Shown piece by piece: positions 35,539-49,000 of a stretch of 64,000 nt of DNA. The notes beneath the pieces were generated by a model that was given only the letters and a program-made list of their open reading frames with translations, made no database searches and had not been told where the DNA came from. This DNA is from Alloascoidea hylecoeti (taxonomy: Eukaryota). The stretch spans positions 398,194-462,193 of the forward strand of contig BCKZ01000009.1 of the NCBI GenBank assembly GCA_001600815.1, in the 5' to 3' direction. Position 1 is the first letter of the stretch, and the number at the start of each line of letters is the position of its first letter. The translations under genes and the position numbers were made by a program.

Positions 35539-36014
35539 ATGACCAGTACGTATGATTTGAAACATTTGGATGCTATAGTTATTAGTTCTCTTCGTCGTGT
35601 TATATTTCAAAACTTCATATTTTATTCAAAATTTTCAATTATACCAAATACGAAGAAACCCAAGTTCTATAAGACGAAATGTGAATAGATACAAATTAAT
35701 GACTATATCCCCAAAATTAAATTTTGTCGACATTGTGCTAACAATATAATATAGAGGGTACTTCAAGTTTTGGTAAACGTCACAACAAATCCCACACTCT
35801 CTGTAATAGATGTGGACGTCGTTCATTCAACACGCAAACTAAGGTCTGCTCTTCATGTGGTTATCCATCCGCCAAGATTAGAAGCTACAACTGGGCCACC
35901 AAAGCCAAGAGAAGAAGAACAACTGGTACTGGTCGTCTAAGACACCTAAAACACGTTGACAGAAAGTTCAAGAACGGTTTCCAGACAGGTGTTGCTGCAC
36001 CACAAACAGCCTAA
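35539..36014 (+). CDS. RPL37: 60S ribosomal protein L37 (eL37), 2 exons, 88 aa; absent from the ORF track
   Basis: Exon 1 is ATGACCA (35539-35545), then a GTACGT...GCTAAC...TAG intron, then exon 2 at 35755-36014. [27 protein letters not shown]...CSSCGYP...RRTTGTGR. Confidence 0.97.
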
Positions 36015-37524
36015 ATTATAACAATTCAAAGTATATGATAAATTATGGAAATTTGTATTGGAAGATCGAAGAGTTTATATAAAAGCTGAAAAAATTATTT
36101 GCATTTCTATTTAATCAGTTTCCACACATTTTATAATAAGAAATTTGATAATCAAACTTTTGTACTCATATCACACACTTATGATCCATGATCTAAAGGT
36201 TTACATCAATATTAATGTTATTGTAGTTCGATTTGATAGTATTTATAGATATATGTATACCAATTAACTCAAACTTACATGGACCGTATAAGACTTACTG
36301 GTAGACTTATAGCTTATTGTCAATGTAGTTAAGCTGAAGAGTGTTGCAACTATAAGTTACATCTTAATGATAGCTAATTGTAAACATTACCAGTTATAAT
36401 GGTAGTATCTTAAATCGCATTCAGTCTAGATTAATATATTGCTAGTCATAAATAATATTTTATTGAACACTGCTACAAGGGATGGCGCTGGAACCTGATG
36501 ACATCTGTTTGATGTATATGTTCCAAAGGTTAATGTTGATTGTTAAATTTAATTTAAATGTTAAGGCCAATTGAAACAAATGCTTTTGTTGTGTTTAAAC
36601 CTTTATCAGTTCATTTATGTACAAGTATATCTTGGAAATAATGTAGGTACTGTTTTCAGTGAAGTAACAAACAGTTTAGGTAGGTATGGCAGCTCCAATT
36701 ATCACCTTTTATACAATACTATATTCATATGCATATATTTGCAGTACTAGTGATAATTAGACATTCGATGTTTACCACATAAAAGTTTAGGTAACTTTGT
36801 TAGCTATATCTGGATCTAGATCTTTACCACCAGACGATTGTTTCTGAACTGGTTTTGTCTAAAATATATTGATGACATAAGATCTTACAGGTAAATGCTA
36901 GATGAAAGTGATGCATACCGGTATATTTAATTAGGAGAATGATATCGACTAAGATATAATTATTGCAATTGAACCGGAAGATATATATTTTATTAAGTTT
37001 AAGGGCTATTATCGGAATACACGGTAATAACTGAGAATATTGAGGTAATTGTAGAGAGCATGATAGCTGTATTTTTGAGCTTAATCTTCAATCGTAAATT
37101 TGACGTTATTCATTTGCATCTTCCCCAATTTTATGTACCTTTTCAAGTGTGTCTTCCAATTCAGGTAATATTAATATTGTTCAAATTGATACTCTCTGAC
37201 CGCGCAGATCTATTTTTTCTAAAGCTGTTGACATTGTGACTGATGGCAGTCTCTTTGAAACTTCTGTCTTCTCTGCCACAGTCAGAAAATTATCATCTAT
37301 AACTAGTTGTTGTAACTGTAGTCCAGAGATTTAGATCCACGGCGTATGTATCAGAACGACCTCCATTATAGAGGCATTATTATAATAAATGACGTGAGGT
37401 GAGTAGCAATGATATGCAAGCTAACTCTAATCATGCGACTGTCATACACAGGTATTTTAGATTATAAACCATTGTTTGCTCTCTTTTCTTTACATTCTTT
37501 TCTCTAAATCTTTTTAATTACAAA

Positions 37525-38257
37525 ATGAGTTCGTAAGTGATGGACGTTACACTATTCTCCTAATGAAATAAGAGCTTGACTGAGTTGAAAATGACAATTG
37601 CAAACCACAAACCGTATGGGGTTTAACTAGGATCTTCTGTAATTAGCACATGACACCTTATTCCCTTAGGTTTGTGGAAGCCAGAATTCTGATGGCGATT
37701 GGTGGCTACGCTATTTATTGAATGTCCCATTTGCCAGAACAACATCATACTAACTACAATTACGATCATATAGATATGCCGATATTGCTGCCAAAAATGC
37801 ACCAGAAGAGAAGTCTGTTCCCCTGGTCACACAAGAAGACAAAGCCAAGATCCAAGAAACCAGATCTAAGGCAGAATCAATAATTCAGAAGGAAGCAGAA
37901 AAATTGAAAGAGGTTAATGATAAGCTCAAAAAGGATGCGGAAAAAGCCAGGAAGGAAACAAAGAATATCTTGGGGAAGATCTATGACTTTGTATCTGCAC
38001 GTTTATCTACAGCCACCGATAAAACATACAAAGGTGTACTTGTGACTAAAGAGGAGCTTAAAAATCCTGTAGTTTCTTCACAATTGGTGATCGTGCTTGC
38101 TGCCGTTACTTCTGGGATTTTGGCAAAGGATAAGATTTTTAATCAATTTGGCAAGACTCTAAATGATAAAGGAACTGCTATTGTTGTTGCAGGCGCCACA
38201 AGTCTTCTTCTCGTAGATGGGCTTCTTGTTAAAAAGTATTACAGAAAGTTTAAATGA
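37525..38257 (+). CDS. OM14: Mitochondrial outer-membrane protein OM14-like, 2 exons, 163 aa
   Basis: Exon 1 at 37525-37532, a GTAAGT...TACTAAC...TAG intron, and exon 2 at 37774-38257. MSSYADIAAKN start, charged coil, ELKNPVV motif, two hydrophobic segments and a basic YYRKFK end. Confidence 0.75.
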
Positions 38258-40798
38258 AAACTTTGTATTTGGATGATAACTTTTTATGATTTCATGATTT
38301 CTAAGAATTTGTTCTATAACATCATATTTTCAATATATATTAATATATCTAAAGTTTATAACTACTATTTCTTCATTGTGTTAATCTTGTATCTATTAAC
38401 AATGTAACAGTAAAAACAGCAAACTATGACTATATCAAGATCTATATCAAAAACTGTAATTAAGCAATTGCCAATTCATGATCAACAAGATTTGTAAAAA
38501 TGGAACTTTTGAAAAATCTAGAGTTCTTACGCTTTATTGAAGTGAAGAAAGAAGCTTGAACAATCAGATTGGTTAAACTATATAAGCATTGGAATTCAAT
38601 GGCAACTTGCATAGGAGAGACAGATGTTACAAAGGCTTTTTATACAGCTCAAGTGCAAGGCTTAATTAAGATCATATGCCGTATGTTTAATATGTAGCTA
38701 GCGCTATATTAGCAAGCAGAATATGCTTATATGCATAGTTAACGTTATTGATAAGTTAATATAAATATCAATCTGCTCCAGCTTGAGATACATTTATAAT
38801 AGCGCTTTTATAGAATGTACTGTAGTTTAATATTATAAAGTCTATGAAATCTTTTTGGAGTATATTTATGTATTTAACTTTATAACATTGGGCTAGATCA
38901 AGGGTATGATAGCTGGTTTAAATCATCTTTGTGCTTATAATTATTATCTCTCGAGTTATACGGATTTTAATTTTTGTTTATTGGTACAGACTGTGATTAT
39001 TTATCAGATAGCATATAAGTGATTGGCTATAATTCGGTAACGGTGCATTATCTCAAAAACTCTTTCAAGTTTTGGGTTGCGTACATTTTCTACTGGATCC
39101 AAGAGCAAGCTTGAAATGGTGAAGCTTCGAAGAGAATATAGGATAAGCTCCTTCGCCAAAGGAACAAATACATCGCCAAACAATGCGACCTGTAAAACTT
39201 TCTTTCTTTTTAGCCGACGACCCACCATGCCAAAAATAAACCTAATTTCAAACCGGGAAATCTGTAAAATGCGTAGGTTTATATTTATTTTTCAAATTTT
39301 TTTCAGATTTTGAAAATATGTCTTGATTGTTGATTTTTTGCTGGCTCTATATACCACATTAAAACCATCTTCAATCAGTAAATGCGTAATTTAGAAGATA
39401 TTCATATATATGTATGGTGTACTTTTCTCTCTTTTATTTGGCCATAAGCTTTCAAACAACTTTTAATTCTGTAGAGCTAATTAGTAATTACGCTTTGAAT
39501 CTGTCAATTTACAAAGATTACTGATCATGATCTTGATGTGTTTTAATCAATATACTAATATCAAAATTAAATGAAGTTTGCTCAAGTATCAATACCTATT
39601 TTTGACAATGCATATGCAAATATATTACCTAATTTACACATATTATCAATAATTTGCTTCTTTGGCTTAACATGATTTTAAAAAAATTAAAGCTTAAAAA
39701 ATTCAGGTTAAATAACTAAAATATTTTATTGCTTTCTATAAAATATATATTCAATTTTTCTTTCACACAATGGGAACAGACCTTTTTTGGAATTTGAGTA
39801 GAGAATTTACAAGAGAATCTCGGCTTGCGGCTCCTCCATATGACCAATTGCAAAAATTAATTATAGAATACTAATGTCTCAATACAATATATGTACCCTT
39901 CTAATCGTATATGTATAACGTTACACAACAGCAAATAACTAACTAGTCTTCAATTAATTAATCTAGATTTATAAGCCACACTTTTTATATGCGACCATTA
40001 ATCCATGGTAATGGCTTTATATATTCCTATTCTCATACATCGTATGACTGTATTATTTACAGGTTTGTTCTTTTGTATTGACTGTTAAAAGAAAAGAAAA
40101 TTTAATTAATTATGCACTAATATTTCTTTATTTTTGATCCCGATGAACCGATATTTAAAAAACTTTTAAGCTTAAACAGTTTTAAATTTGATTGTTATTT
40201 TAAACTCTAACATGCTAACATGCATAAGGGAATATATATATATAGTATGCATATATGTCTACCATATAAGGACTCGTATTGATATTAATATTGATATTGA
40301 GTAACACGGTATAAGAAAAGTTATTCGAGTTTATGATTGGAATTGCAAATTACACCAAATTGACTGTAATTGTATAAGCTTATAGATATAATATATAATT
40401 AGAACTGGTGGTCGTCATCAATCACTGAAAACAAGAGTCGTATATATTTGAATAGTTAATTATATCTAGGAATGTTTAAAAATAACAACTATTTCAATAG
40501 CCACAGCTGAATACAAGTATACCATGTAAAATAATTAACTAGTTGAAAACTTAAGTAAAAACATGATTTTAATATTACCGATATCTTTCTTTTCAAAATG
40601 TTATTTTCTATACATATTACGTAATAATAGAATTAAATGTAGCTGAAAACTTTCAAATTTTAATTAATAGAAGACCTTAAGAATTAATCAATTTATAATC
40701 ATAAGCATCAGGTCTTTAAAAGAGCTTAGAGCACTAGTGTCAATGATAATCATATAAAAATGGCATGTTTAAATCGTTATGTGTACTTATATTCTATT

Positions 40799-42125
40799 CA
40801 CCCGGTTCATGCTAAATTTTACGCATCCTTTTAAGACACCTCTACATCTTTTTATAAATACCATAGAATGACGTCTAGTGAGATTTCGGGTAATTGTGAA
40901 TTTGTAATTCAATAATGCAATTGAAAATAGCTTATCTGATTGAAATATGTAATCTGGGTAAACATAGCTTCTCAACTTCCAAAATAAAAAGCTTAATATT
41001 AACCTTCGCTTCGATGGTGCGGTTTAGTACAAAAAATATGACAACTCTTCTACTGTAACAGCTCCAAGATCAATAGAACTCAAATAATCTACTTAAAATA
41101 TGGTAAGTCTAATTGTGAGTGTTGCAAAAACTTACTTTCTTGAATATGCTTGATGACCTGGCTTCAAAGTTCAGCATCAGAATATCAAATATCACATAAG
41201 AATCGTTCCGAAAATACGTGAATATGGAGTATTTTCGGCATGTGAATGGCCCTTTCCGAATGAGAAGGACCAAAGGAACAAAAAGATATAGTCTAAAGAT
41301 AGATTGGAGTGGTCTTAGGATGGTTGGGATGGTGTTGTATTTAGTGACGAATGTTTGGTCGTTTAAAGACTCGAATCTGGATAAGTATATGCTCCACGAC
41401 AGTCAGGCTAGGCCTTTGAATTTTAAAATATTTATAATATAAGGAATTCTGGTTCTTTAAGTCTAATTGTATGGGCTATAATTGTGAGTTCATATTTCAC
41501 TATATAGAGTGGCCGAAGATCCTAATACCAAATATTTAAAAAAGGAGCTACTGCGCGTTTCTACAGAGAGTAGTTGGAAGAGGCCTTTGATGAGATTCCC
41601 GAGGGTTCAATGTTCATTCATGATAATAGACCAATCTATAAAACTTAAATTGTGATGAGTTGATTTCATGAGTAGGAGATAGACGTGTTGGAATATTAGC
41701 CTTCACCGGACCTGAATCCAATTGAGCTGTATGAAATCTCCTCAAAAAGGCACACTACAAGGAATTGCAATTATGAGCTTTCCACATGTTGTAGGTATAA
41801 AGAAAGACCTATTGTTAGACTCTCTTTCATACTATTGAGACTTTATGGGTTAGGGTATCATTAATAATCTGATTGAAACCATACCTGGAAGAGTGACAGC
41901 CGTTTATAACCAACAATAGATACTGAACTTAAAAAAAATTTCAGTTTATATAGAGTATTATAGACTCATATAGACTAATGGAATCTCTGTAATCCACGGA
42001 ACATTATACACCATTTTAAGAACAGTTTAAGGCCATGTAAAGTAGTCTGTAGCTGGTGATAATATTTCCATTTTTAGGGAATCCAAAAGAAAAAAAAAGG
42101 TACAACTTTTGACTTCAACCGGTTG
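40799..42125 (+). mobile_element. Degenerate, near full-length (~1.33 kb) impala-like Tc1/mariner transposon, copy B
   Basis: Transposase relic GATARFYR..LEEAFDEIPEGSMFIHDNRPIYKT*IVMS*FHE*EIDVLEY*PSPDLNPIE (~41545-41725) and LIETIPGRVTAV (~41868-41903). Candidate degenerate TIRs are CACCCGGTTCATGCTAAA (40799) and TTTGACTTCAACCGGTTG (ending 42125, followed by TA). The TIR boundaries are less certain than the transposase call. Confidence 0.85.
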
Positions 42126-43332
42126 TACATATTTTTTTATTACCCCGGTCTGGAACCTAGTATTGTTCAACATTCTTAACATAAATCATAGAAATCTTTT
42201 TAATTAATATAATAAGACAGTATTTTACATGCAATTCTTTCGGATTAAGCTTTATATAAAGAAGGAGTTTAACTGTGTTTTTCTTTAAATTCAGCCTGTC
42301 TACAGCCATATATTGTTGTATTAATAAGTAAGTAGCAAGCTTAAGATATGTTCATTAAGCACAATAATAGATGTTAAACTTTCGATTGAGTGACTATTAT
42401 CCGACTCGAACTCTGATAATTTTAATATCTCTGCAGTTTGTTCATGAATGACTTAAGCTTAAGTTCATAACCACAATTGTGGCGATTTTTCCAGCTTCAG
42501 ATTGAAGAATTGTTCTCCAATGTCTCTATTAACTATATGAATTCGATGGTATTAAATTAAATACATTACAACTGGAATTATTATGTATGTAAAAGTGATT
42601 TAATATCCATAATATCTATAGAATCTTGTAAAAAGAAAGAGAAAGCTACATCTGCGTTTAAGATTATATCAGATCACTATCAAGAAAGTAATAGATTTTG
42701 ACGTAACACTTAGGCATATGAATTAATTGATACTTAAACACCGGATTATTATCAGAGGTGAGATAGTAATGCATGTGGACCCGCCATACATGATAAATTT
42801 TAGATTTGACCCTCAATGATCCAAAGAGGAAGATATCGATGGAAAACGATACATTTAGATATATAAACGGTGGAAATTATGGAATAGATGATGAAGTGAG
42901 ACATCATTGTATGAGTTTAAGAAATAATCCACGATTTAAGCTCGTATACGCATAAGTAGATATAAAGACAGTTAAGGGACACATCCAATTGACAAGCTGA
43001 GATGCTTGATGAAATGATCAGTTAGGGTAAAAAAGAAGAACTTTAAATCCACAAAAACAAGGTGTGAGGTATAAACAGGAAAATTTCAGGTCCGCACAAC
43101 GTCCGCATGTATTTCTGCGCACTGCAACGTTAATTTACGGAAGCTGAGCTGACATAAGCGCACTGGAGCTGCAAGATATATGCATTTGCATGAGTAAAAA
43201 TATTACTACGTATCCAAGATTTATTATTATAATGAGCAAAAGATAAAAGCATTTAGATTTCCCGAATCTTTATAGACATCTTGTCTTTATATTCAGACGT
43301 ATTTCCAGTTAATCGTGTACCCCAGCATTACT

Positions 43333-44874
43333 ATGAGCGACCTCTACTACCCTAGTCTGAACTACCCAACCCAACTCAACCCCATCCACCCCCCAAACTC
43401 AAGCTTCCTGTCCTCTACGGAGAACCCACATGCGCATCAACAATACCAAGACTATATCAATCTATCGAGCCTGTCCGTCCCCGTCCCCCCTCCTCCCAAC
43501 TCATCCACCTCAGAGCCTATAATTGACGATCAGGACCAGGATCTTGCAAACTATCGGTACGCCTCTCCCGTCATAAGCCCCAGCTCCCTCGTTTCCCCCA
43601 TCAGTGATCAGAACCCACCTGTCTTGCCTACTTCTAGCATCATAACTTCAATTAGCACCAATATTAATGTATCTCCACCCATGCACAGAGACTCGAAGTA
43701 TATGGTTTCTAAATCCCGTACACTCACTCCACGTACCCGCTACTCTTTTGACTCAGGCATGGCCTCGAATTTGAAATGGGAGTATATATCTCAACCACAA
43801 CACTTACAGAAATCTACATCTCCAATCACAACTCCTCGCTATCCATTGAGCACATTCAGCTCTATGCAAGCTCCCCTAACAACAGAACTCAACACTTACC
43901 CAGCTACCTACTCATATCCTCCTTCTCTGTCTAATCTTCAATTTCCTAATCAATCACCAGTACCACATATGATTTTTAATCCAAATTTTGTAAAGAAACC
44001 AAGATTACCTCCCCTTGTTAGGGGACTAGGTTGTTCTTCCACTTCAACAAAGTCTCGAACATTGAAATCTAAAGCTTCTATAGATATGGTTCCAGTAGAA
44101 TTACTAATTAAAGGTGCTACTGAAACCGAAGTCTTATCAAAATGGTCTCCAGCAGAGATAAAAGCGGGCCGTCGAATGATACGGTTAGAAAGAAGCCAGA
44201 AGGGACATACTGTTATAGTCAAAGTATGTGTATTCGAATCTGATTTTAATTATGCTCTAGATGATGAAGATGTGACTGAAGTTAGCTGTCTGCGATGGGA
44301 CCCTAAAGAAGAGGATCTTGATTCTGAAGAAGACGTATATGAATCACCCAAAACACCTAAATCACATACATCTTCAATCTGTGCTGATAATGCTGTTAAC
44401 GCTCCTCCTACTCCTACTACTGCTAAAAGTGTTAGTAATACGCCTAATGAAGTGAAATATTGGATTACTAGTGTTGAAGTAATTAGGATCGTTGAACTAT
44501 TAGTAGGGGCTCAATCAAGTGGAATGGATGATATTCCATATTTGGCAAATATATCGCATCCATTTGGACATCGGTCATCATTACCGCTACAATATAGTGT
44601 TGAAACCACATCAGCATTAACAAAGAAATTAACGGAGAAAAGGAAAGAAAGGGGTCGTATACGATCTAATTTGATCCATTACTTTGAACCTAAGCCAATT
44701 TCAAAAAATCATTATAGATTATTATTCGAAAGAATTATGAATTACACTGAAAAAAAGCCAAGGGGATTCGATAAAGAAATTAAAATTATGAAATGGGAGA
44801 ATGTATCAGAAGCTTTAGCAAGAGCAATGCAAAGTTATTATGTTGAAAACAGTTATCTTGAAGGTATGATATAG
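43333..44874 (+). CDS. Putative transcriptional regulator with a C-terminal MedA(Medusa)-like domain
   Basis: Pro/Ser-rich disordered N-terminus. The C-terminal KWSPAEIKAGRRMIRL...VSCLRWD...YWITSVEVIRIVELLV...RGRIRSNL...KPRGFDKEIKIMKW...ALARAMQSY recalls the MedA core (W..E....RRlV...ISCI.W...TSVD.I.LLE.L...NRIRRNL...KPRNIEKDVKVFPW). The first ATG is at 43333. Confidence 0.7.
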   Translation: MSDLYYPSLNYPTQLNPIHPPNSSFLSSTENPHAHQQYQDYINLSSLSVPVPPPPNSSTSEPIIDDQDQDLANYRYASPVISPSSLVSPISDQNPPVLPTSSIITSISTNINVSPPMHRDSKYMVSKSRTLTPRTRYSFDSGMASNLKWEYISQPQHLQKSTSPITTPRYPLSTFSSMQAPLTTELNTYPATYSYPPSLSNLQFPNQSPVPHMIFNPNFVKKPRLPPLVRGLGCSSTSTKSRTLKSKASIDMVPVELLIKGATETEVLSKWSPAEIKAGRRMIRLERSQKGHTVIVKVCVFESDFNYALDDEDVTEVSCLRWDPKEEDLDSEEDVYESPKTPKSHTSSICADNAVNAPPTPTTAKSVSNTPNEVKYWITSVEVIRIVELLVGAQSSGMDDIPYLANISHPFGHRSSLPLQYSVETTSALTKKLTEKRKERGRIRSNLIHYFEPKPISKNHYRLLFERIMNYTEKKPRGFDKEIKIMKWENVSEALARAMQSYYVENSYLEGMI

Positions 44875-46517
44875 TTTAATGGCATCAAAATGGAAAATTA
44901 CAGTATTATTATAATTATTAATTATAATATTCCTCATATTCTTTGATGGGTCATAGATATATTTGTATATGTATGGGGAGGAAATATAAAATTTACTTCA
45001 AATGTAAGGTTTTTTCTGATGTTAAAGATAATGGTAATATTTAATGTTTTTTATATTTTGTTTTGTTCCGTTTAAATTTTATTAATATTTGAGTTTTAAA
45101 ATTCTTAAAAAATATTTGAGTTCAGTGAGATTTTTATGTTACTATAATCAGTTGCAGCAGCAGTATTAATATCTTGTATGAGGTCATTCATTATGTTATG
45201 TTCATTAGCTATATAATACGTCGTGGTTAGAAGGTTTTGTTTATTCAATATTGATATAATATAATGTAATGTAGAATTATTCATATCATGATATAATTGT
45301 TAAGTGGTTTGCTAGTGCAGTTTTTGGTAAGACATCAACTGTAATCAACTCAAATAAGGAGTTATCGCTGCAGATTAGAGTGCGCACGTGCACGCACCCT
45401 CAGTATTATAATTGTCTAATTTATAGAAATTAATCAAAGATTTTACGACGTTTGATGGAGTTAACAAACAAAGATATGCATAAATGTGCTCGAATCTTGG
45501 CTGATTAGAACATGCATGCGGCTCATGCGCAGGCTTGGAATTCCCAACTTGGCAACTTCCTTGTAAGCCATTAAAGCTAATCAAGCATTTACGATGCCAT
45601 CGAGGTACGATCTCCAGAAAATACCCGTATTTATAATGTTTTTCTATTCAACGCAGCTTTTGCATCAATGCATACTTGTTTCCCGTGGTCACAGAAGCAG
45701 ATATTAATCAAAAAATCAGAAGTATCGAAAACTCGAAAAATCGAAAAACTACTGGGATATATCTTGATATTCTTGATTATAACGTTAATACGATACAACA
45801 AAAGCCTAATTACAAACGTTACATCATTTATTTTTAGTCGCTCATACTACAAACACTTTTGTTGCTTGGAAATACTCAACAACTTAAACTAGTTGAGACA
45901 CATCGTCATCATTACCGATTATCTCTACTAGTTACCCGATAATAATTAATCCTGTGATTAGTTCAATATTTAAATTTTCTATTACCATCAAATACATCTG
46001 ATTTTTAAACCAAATTTAAAATTTAGTTTTGAAAATATAGATGCGTACATATGCATATATGAGAACATACTATAATAGCGTTATACCCAGGAATTATATT
46101 AATGATCGTCTGAGAAAGTTTTAGATATTCTTATCCTAATAAGTCCTGGCTCTAGATCGATATCTGTTATATTCTGAAAATTAACTCTTATCCCAATTAT
46201 AATATACTATAATTTATAACTATTATCATAATTTTGGATATACTTGCAGAGTTCGGATAATTTTAATATTAAATACAAAACGTTTCAACTTCAACGTTAA
46301 CGTTAACGCCATACAATAATACTTCATTATCTCCTGAGAAAATATCTGTGATACGCATGGCTATACCTAGTTTGAGATACAACTATATATTCATGTAATA
46401 TAAGCTTGGAAGTCTACTATAGGCTATGTTGTATAACTTATAACTTACATGTTGCATAGCTAGAGTAATAATAACTTTACCGACTTAGTTAACTGTGCCT
46501 TCACGAAATCCTCAAAG

Positions 46518-46547
46518 CACTACCAAAGTTGCAGCACTTTGGTAGTG
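46518..46547. repeat. 12-bp perfect inverted repeat with a 6-nt loop
   Basis: CACTACCAAAGT-TGCAGC-ACTTTGGTAGTG. Confidence 0.9.
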
Positions 46548-48070
46548 TCGAGATTAATAAAGAGTTGCAATTATTTTTGACTCATCTGTTTGTGTTATAT
46601 CAAGACTTGCATCAATGCATGAATTTATGTTGCCTATCCTAAAGTTAAGCTTAGATGTAGCATTTAACGCCTAGAGTGTGAGGGGAATGAAGAGATTTGT
46701 AAAGGATTACATATAAGTGTAGGGGGAAAATGGCGCTTACGATACATGAGTGTGTAAATAGAAATAGAGAAAGATGATATTATTACTTGTGTTGATACAA
46801 GTACAAATTGTACGAATACGCCCTCTCGTACAATAAAACTTGGTAAAGCTGAGCTGATTTTAGAGAAGGTTTGTGAAGTAAGATTAAACCTTCTAGAAAG
46901 GCTTGAGGAATGCCTAATCAGTATCAAAATTTTCAATTTACAATTAGCCTTTTGGAAATTGTACTAAACAAATGCAAAATATACAATAGATAAACTATAG
47001 ATTGCAAATTTAAAGGGAACTTTCATTAGATATCTTGTAACTGACTTTAGTTTTCTTATATTATAAATTCTGTTGATTCAAAAAGAAAAATAAAAATGTC
47101 AATTTTTAACGAAATGGTTCTATTGAACATTAATTAGTAAAATTTAAATAAAAAGGTATATAATCGATATCAAAAAGCTAAATATGGATCTAGATACTTT
47201 TAATTTGCCGTGCTGTATCTTTAATTAATTATGTACTCTTCAATTTGAAATTGAATTTAGTTACAACTATATTTTTATATATGAAGAGCATAAATAAATT
47301 AATAATGATCCTCGTTATGAGGGCAATTGAAGAAATATCTGTAGACCCCTCCTTACATAATTCTCCGTATAATAAACAATCATGAACATAGCTATGTGTT
47401 TTCTTCACTTACTGTACATAGTTTAGGTTGATAAATCGATATCGGTATCAATTTATACACGATTTGTTTCGCAATTATGAGGAAGTTTAACTTTCACGCT
47501 ATCGTTATTTCTAGGATTATCCATGGTATCAGTTTCTAATTCGCCTGATAGTTATATAGATTATCAATAACGAATATACTACTCTTTATCTTGTGTGTTA
47601 TATTCCTTATTAGGAATTCCTTTATTTGGAAGTATTAATTTTTTACTGAATATTTTCATCCACTCCCTAGAGTACATGTAACTATTTATAAGAAACAAAT
47701 CATAAAATGAATCAATTGAAAATAATATATAAAGATCAAAAATATAGAAATTATGGACCATATATCAATATCCTACATATAATTAGTTGCATACAGATAT
47801 TAATTATTGATTAATCCGTTTTCAGAATTACCTTATATCACTATTTACTGTATGATCATATATGATGATTTGTCTATACATCCTAGTTAGACGCATATTT
47901 GTTTAATTATCAATTAAAACCTTTTGAGCATTGTTATTCTCTTTAAGCTTAATTGTACTGTGTTGTATAAACTTAATTAAACGGTTGCATATTATGATTC
48001 TTCTGCATATGCATATCACACACATTAAAATTCTTCTATCTCTTCGATATCATTATTACAAAATGTAATC

Positions 48071-48516
48071 ACCAAGAGCTCAATTCTAACATAAAAGTTT
48101 TAAGAGTTCAAGTTTCAAAGATTTTGTCTTCATTGTCCCTTTTAAGTCTCTATTATCGGCTATCGAGGAAAGCTATACCGGAGCTAACTACAGTTGAAAC
48201 ATGATAAACGCCGGTGATTAATATTTTAGAAATAACTATCGTAAATATATAATTATGAATAGGCTATTAATAATTTATATATAAGCCTTTATAGCTAACA
48301 AATTTTGAAGACCATTGAGCTCAATTCTAATATATAAGTTTTAAAGGTTTAAGTTTCAACGCTTTTCTTTCTCCGTTTTGAATCTCAATTATCGGTCGAA
48401 GAAAGTTATAGCCGGACCAACTATATAACGATGCAAATGGCGATTAATATATATATATAGTTATGAATTGACTAGTAATCTTATATATTTATGAGTATTT
48501 ATAGCTAACAAAATTT
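48071..48516. repeat. Diverged tandem duplication (~235 bp and ~205 bp units)
   Basis: Unit 1 (48071-48305) and unit 2 (48311-48516) share GAGCTCAATTCTAA, AAGTTTCAA, ATTATCGG, TTATGAAT and TTTATAGCTAACAAA in the same order. Confidence 0.9.
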
Positions 48517-48589
48517 ATTTATGGTTTATAATTAATGTTTCGGATAGAGGGTTAATTGTGTTACTTATTTGTTATAAATAACTCGTTCT

Positions 48590-49000
48590 AGGCTTAACAA
48601 AAATATTCTTTTACTCAGTTATTTCTTGGTTGAATATCGGCATAGAGTCTTGATTTTCCCGGAGAAAAGATTTCAATCATTCATTTCCCTCATTACCGAT
48701 CGGACTATCTTTTCTAGACTATGGTTGATTTCTCTCAAATTTCTCGGCCTTAATAATTGCAATATACTTTTGAACAATTGGTTTCAGTTCCATGTCGCTT
48801 CTACCCTATCTGAGTTCTCTCTTGTAATAAAAGGAGCACCTGAATTTATTACAATTGTATTGTTACTGAAGTTGACTATATTAGTAAGTATAATACTAAT
48901 CCCGATGTTTCCAGTTACATTTCACTAGCTGCATAACCAGATAGTATCTTACTTAATCGCCCACGATTGCTTCTTGATTTTAACAACGTTAACTCATTTG
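48590..49000 (-). pseudogene. Decayed pogo/Fot1-type psq plus CENP-B HTH remnant
   Basis: Minus-strand frames read QEAIV/AIK...NIGISIILT...LLQERTQIG...MELKPIVQKYI...GNE*LKSFLRENQD. The TGA at 48679-48677 falls at the expected Trp of the G-x-x-W-x-x-x-F-x-x-R motif. Confidence 0.4.
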
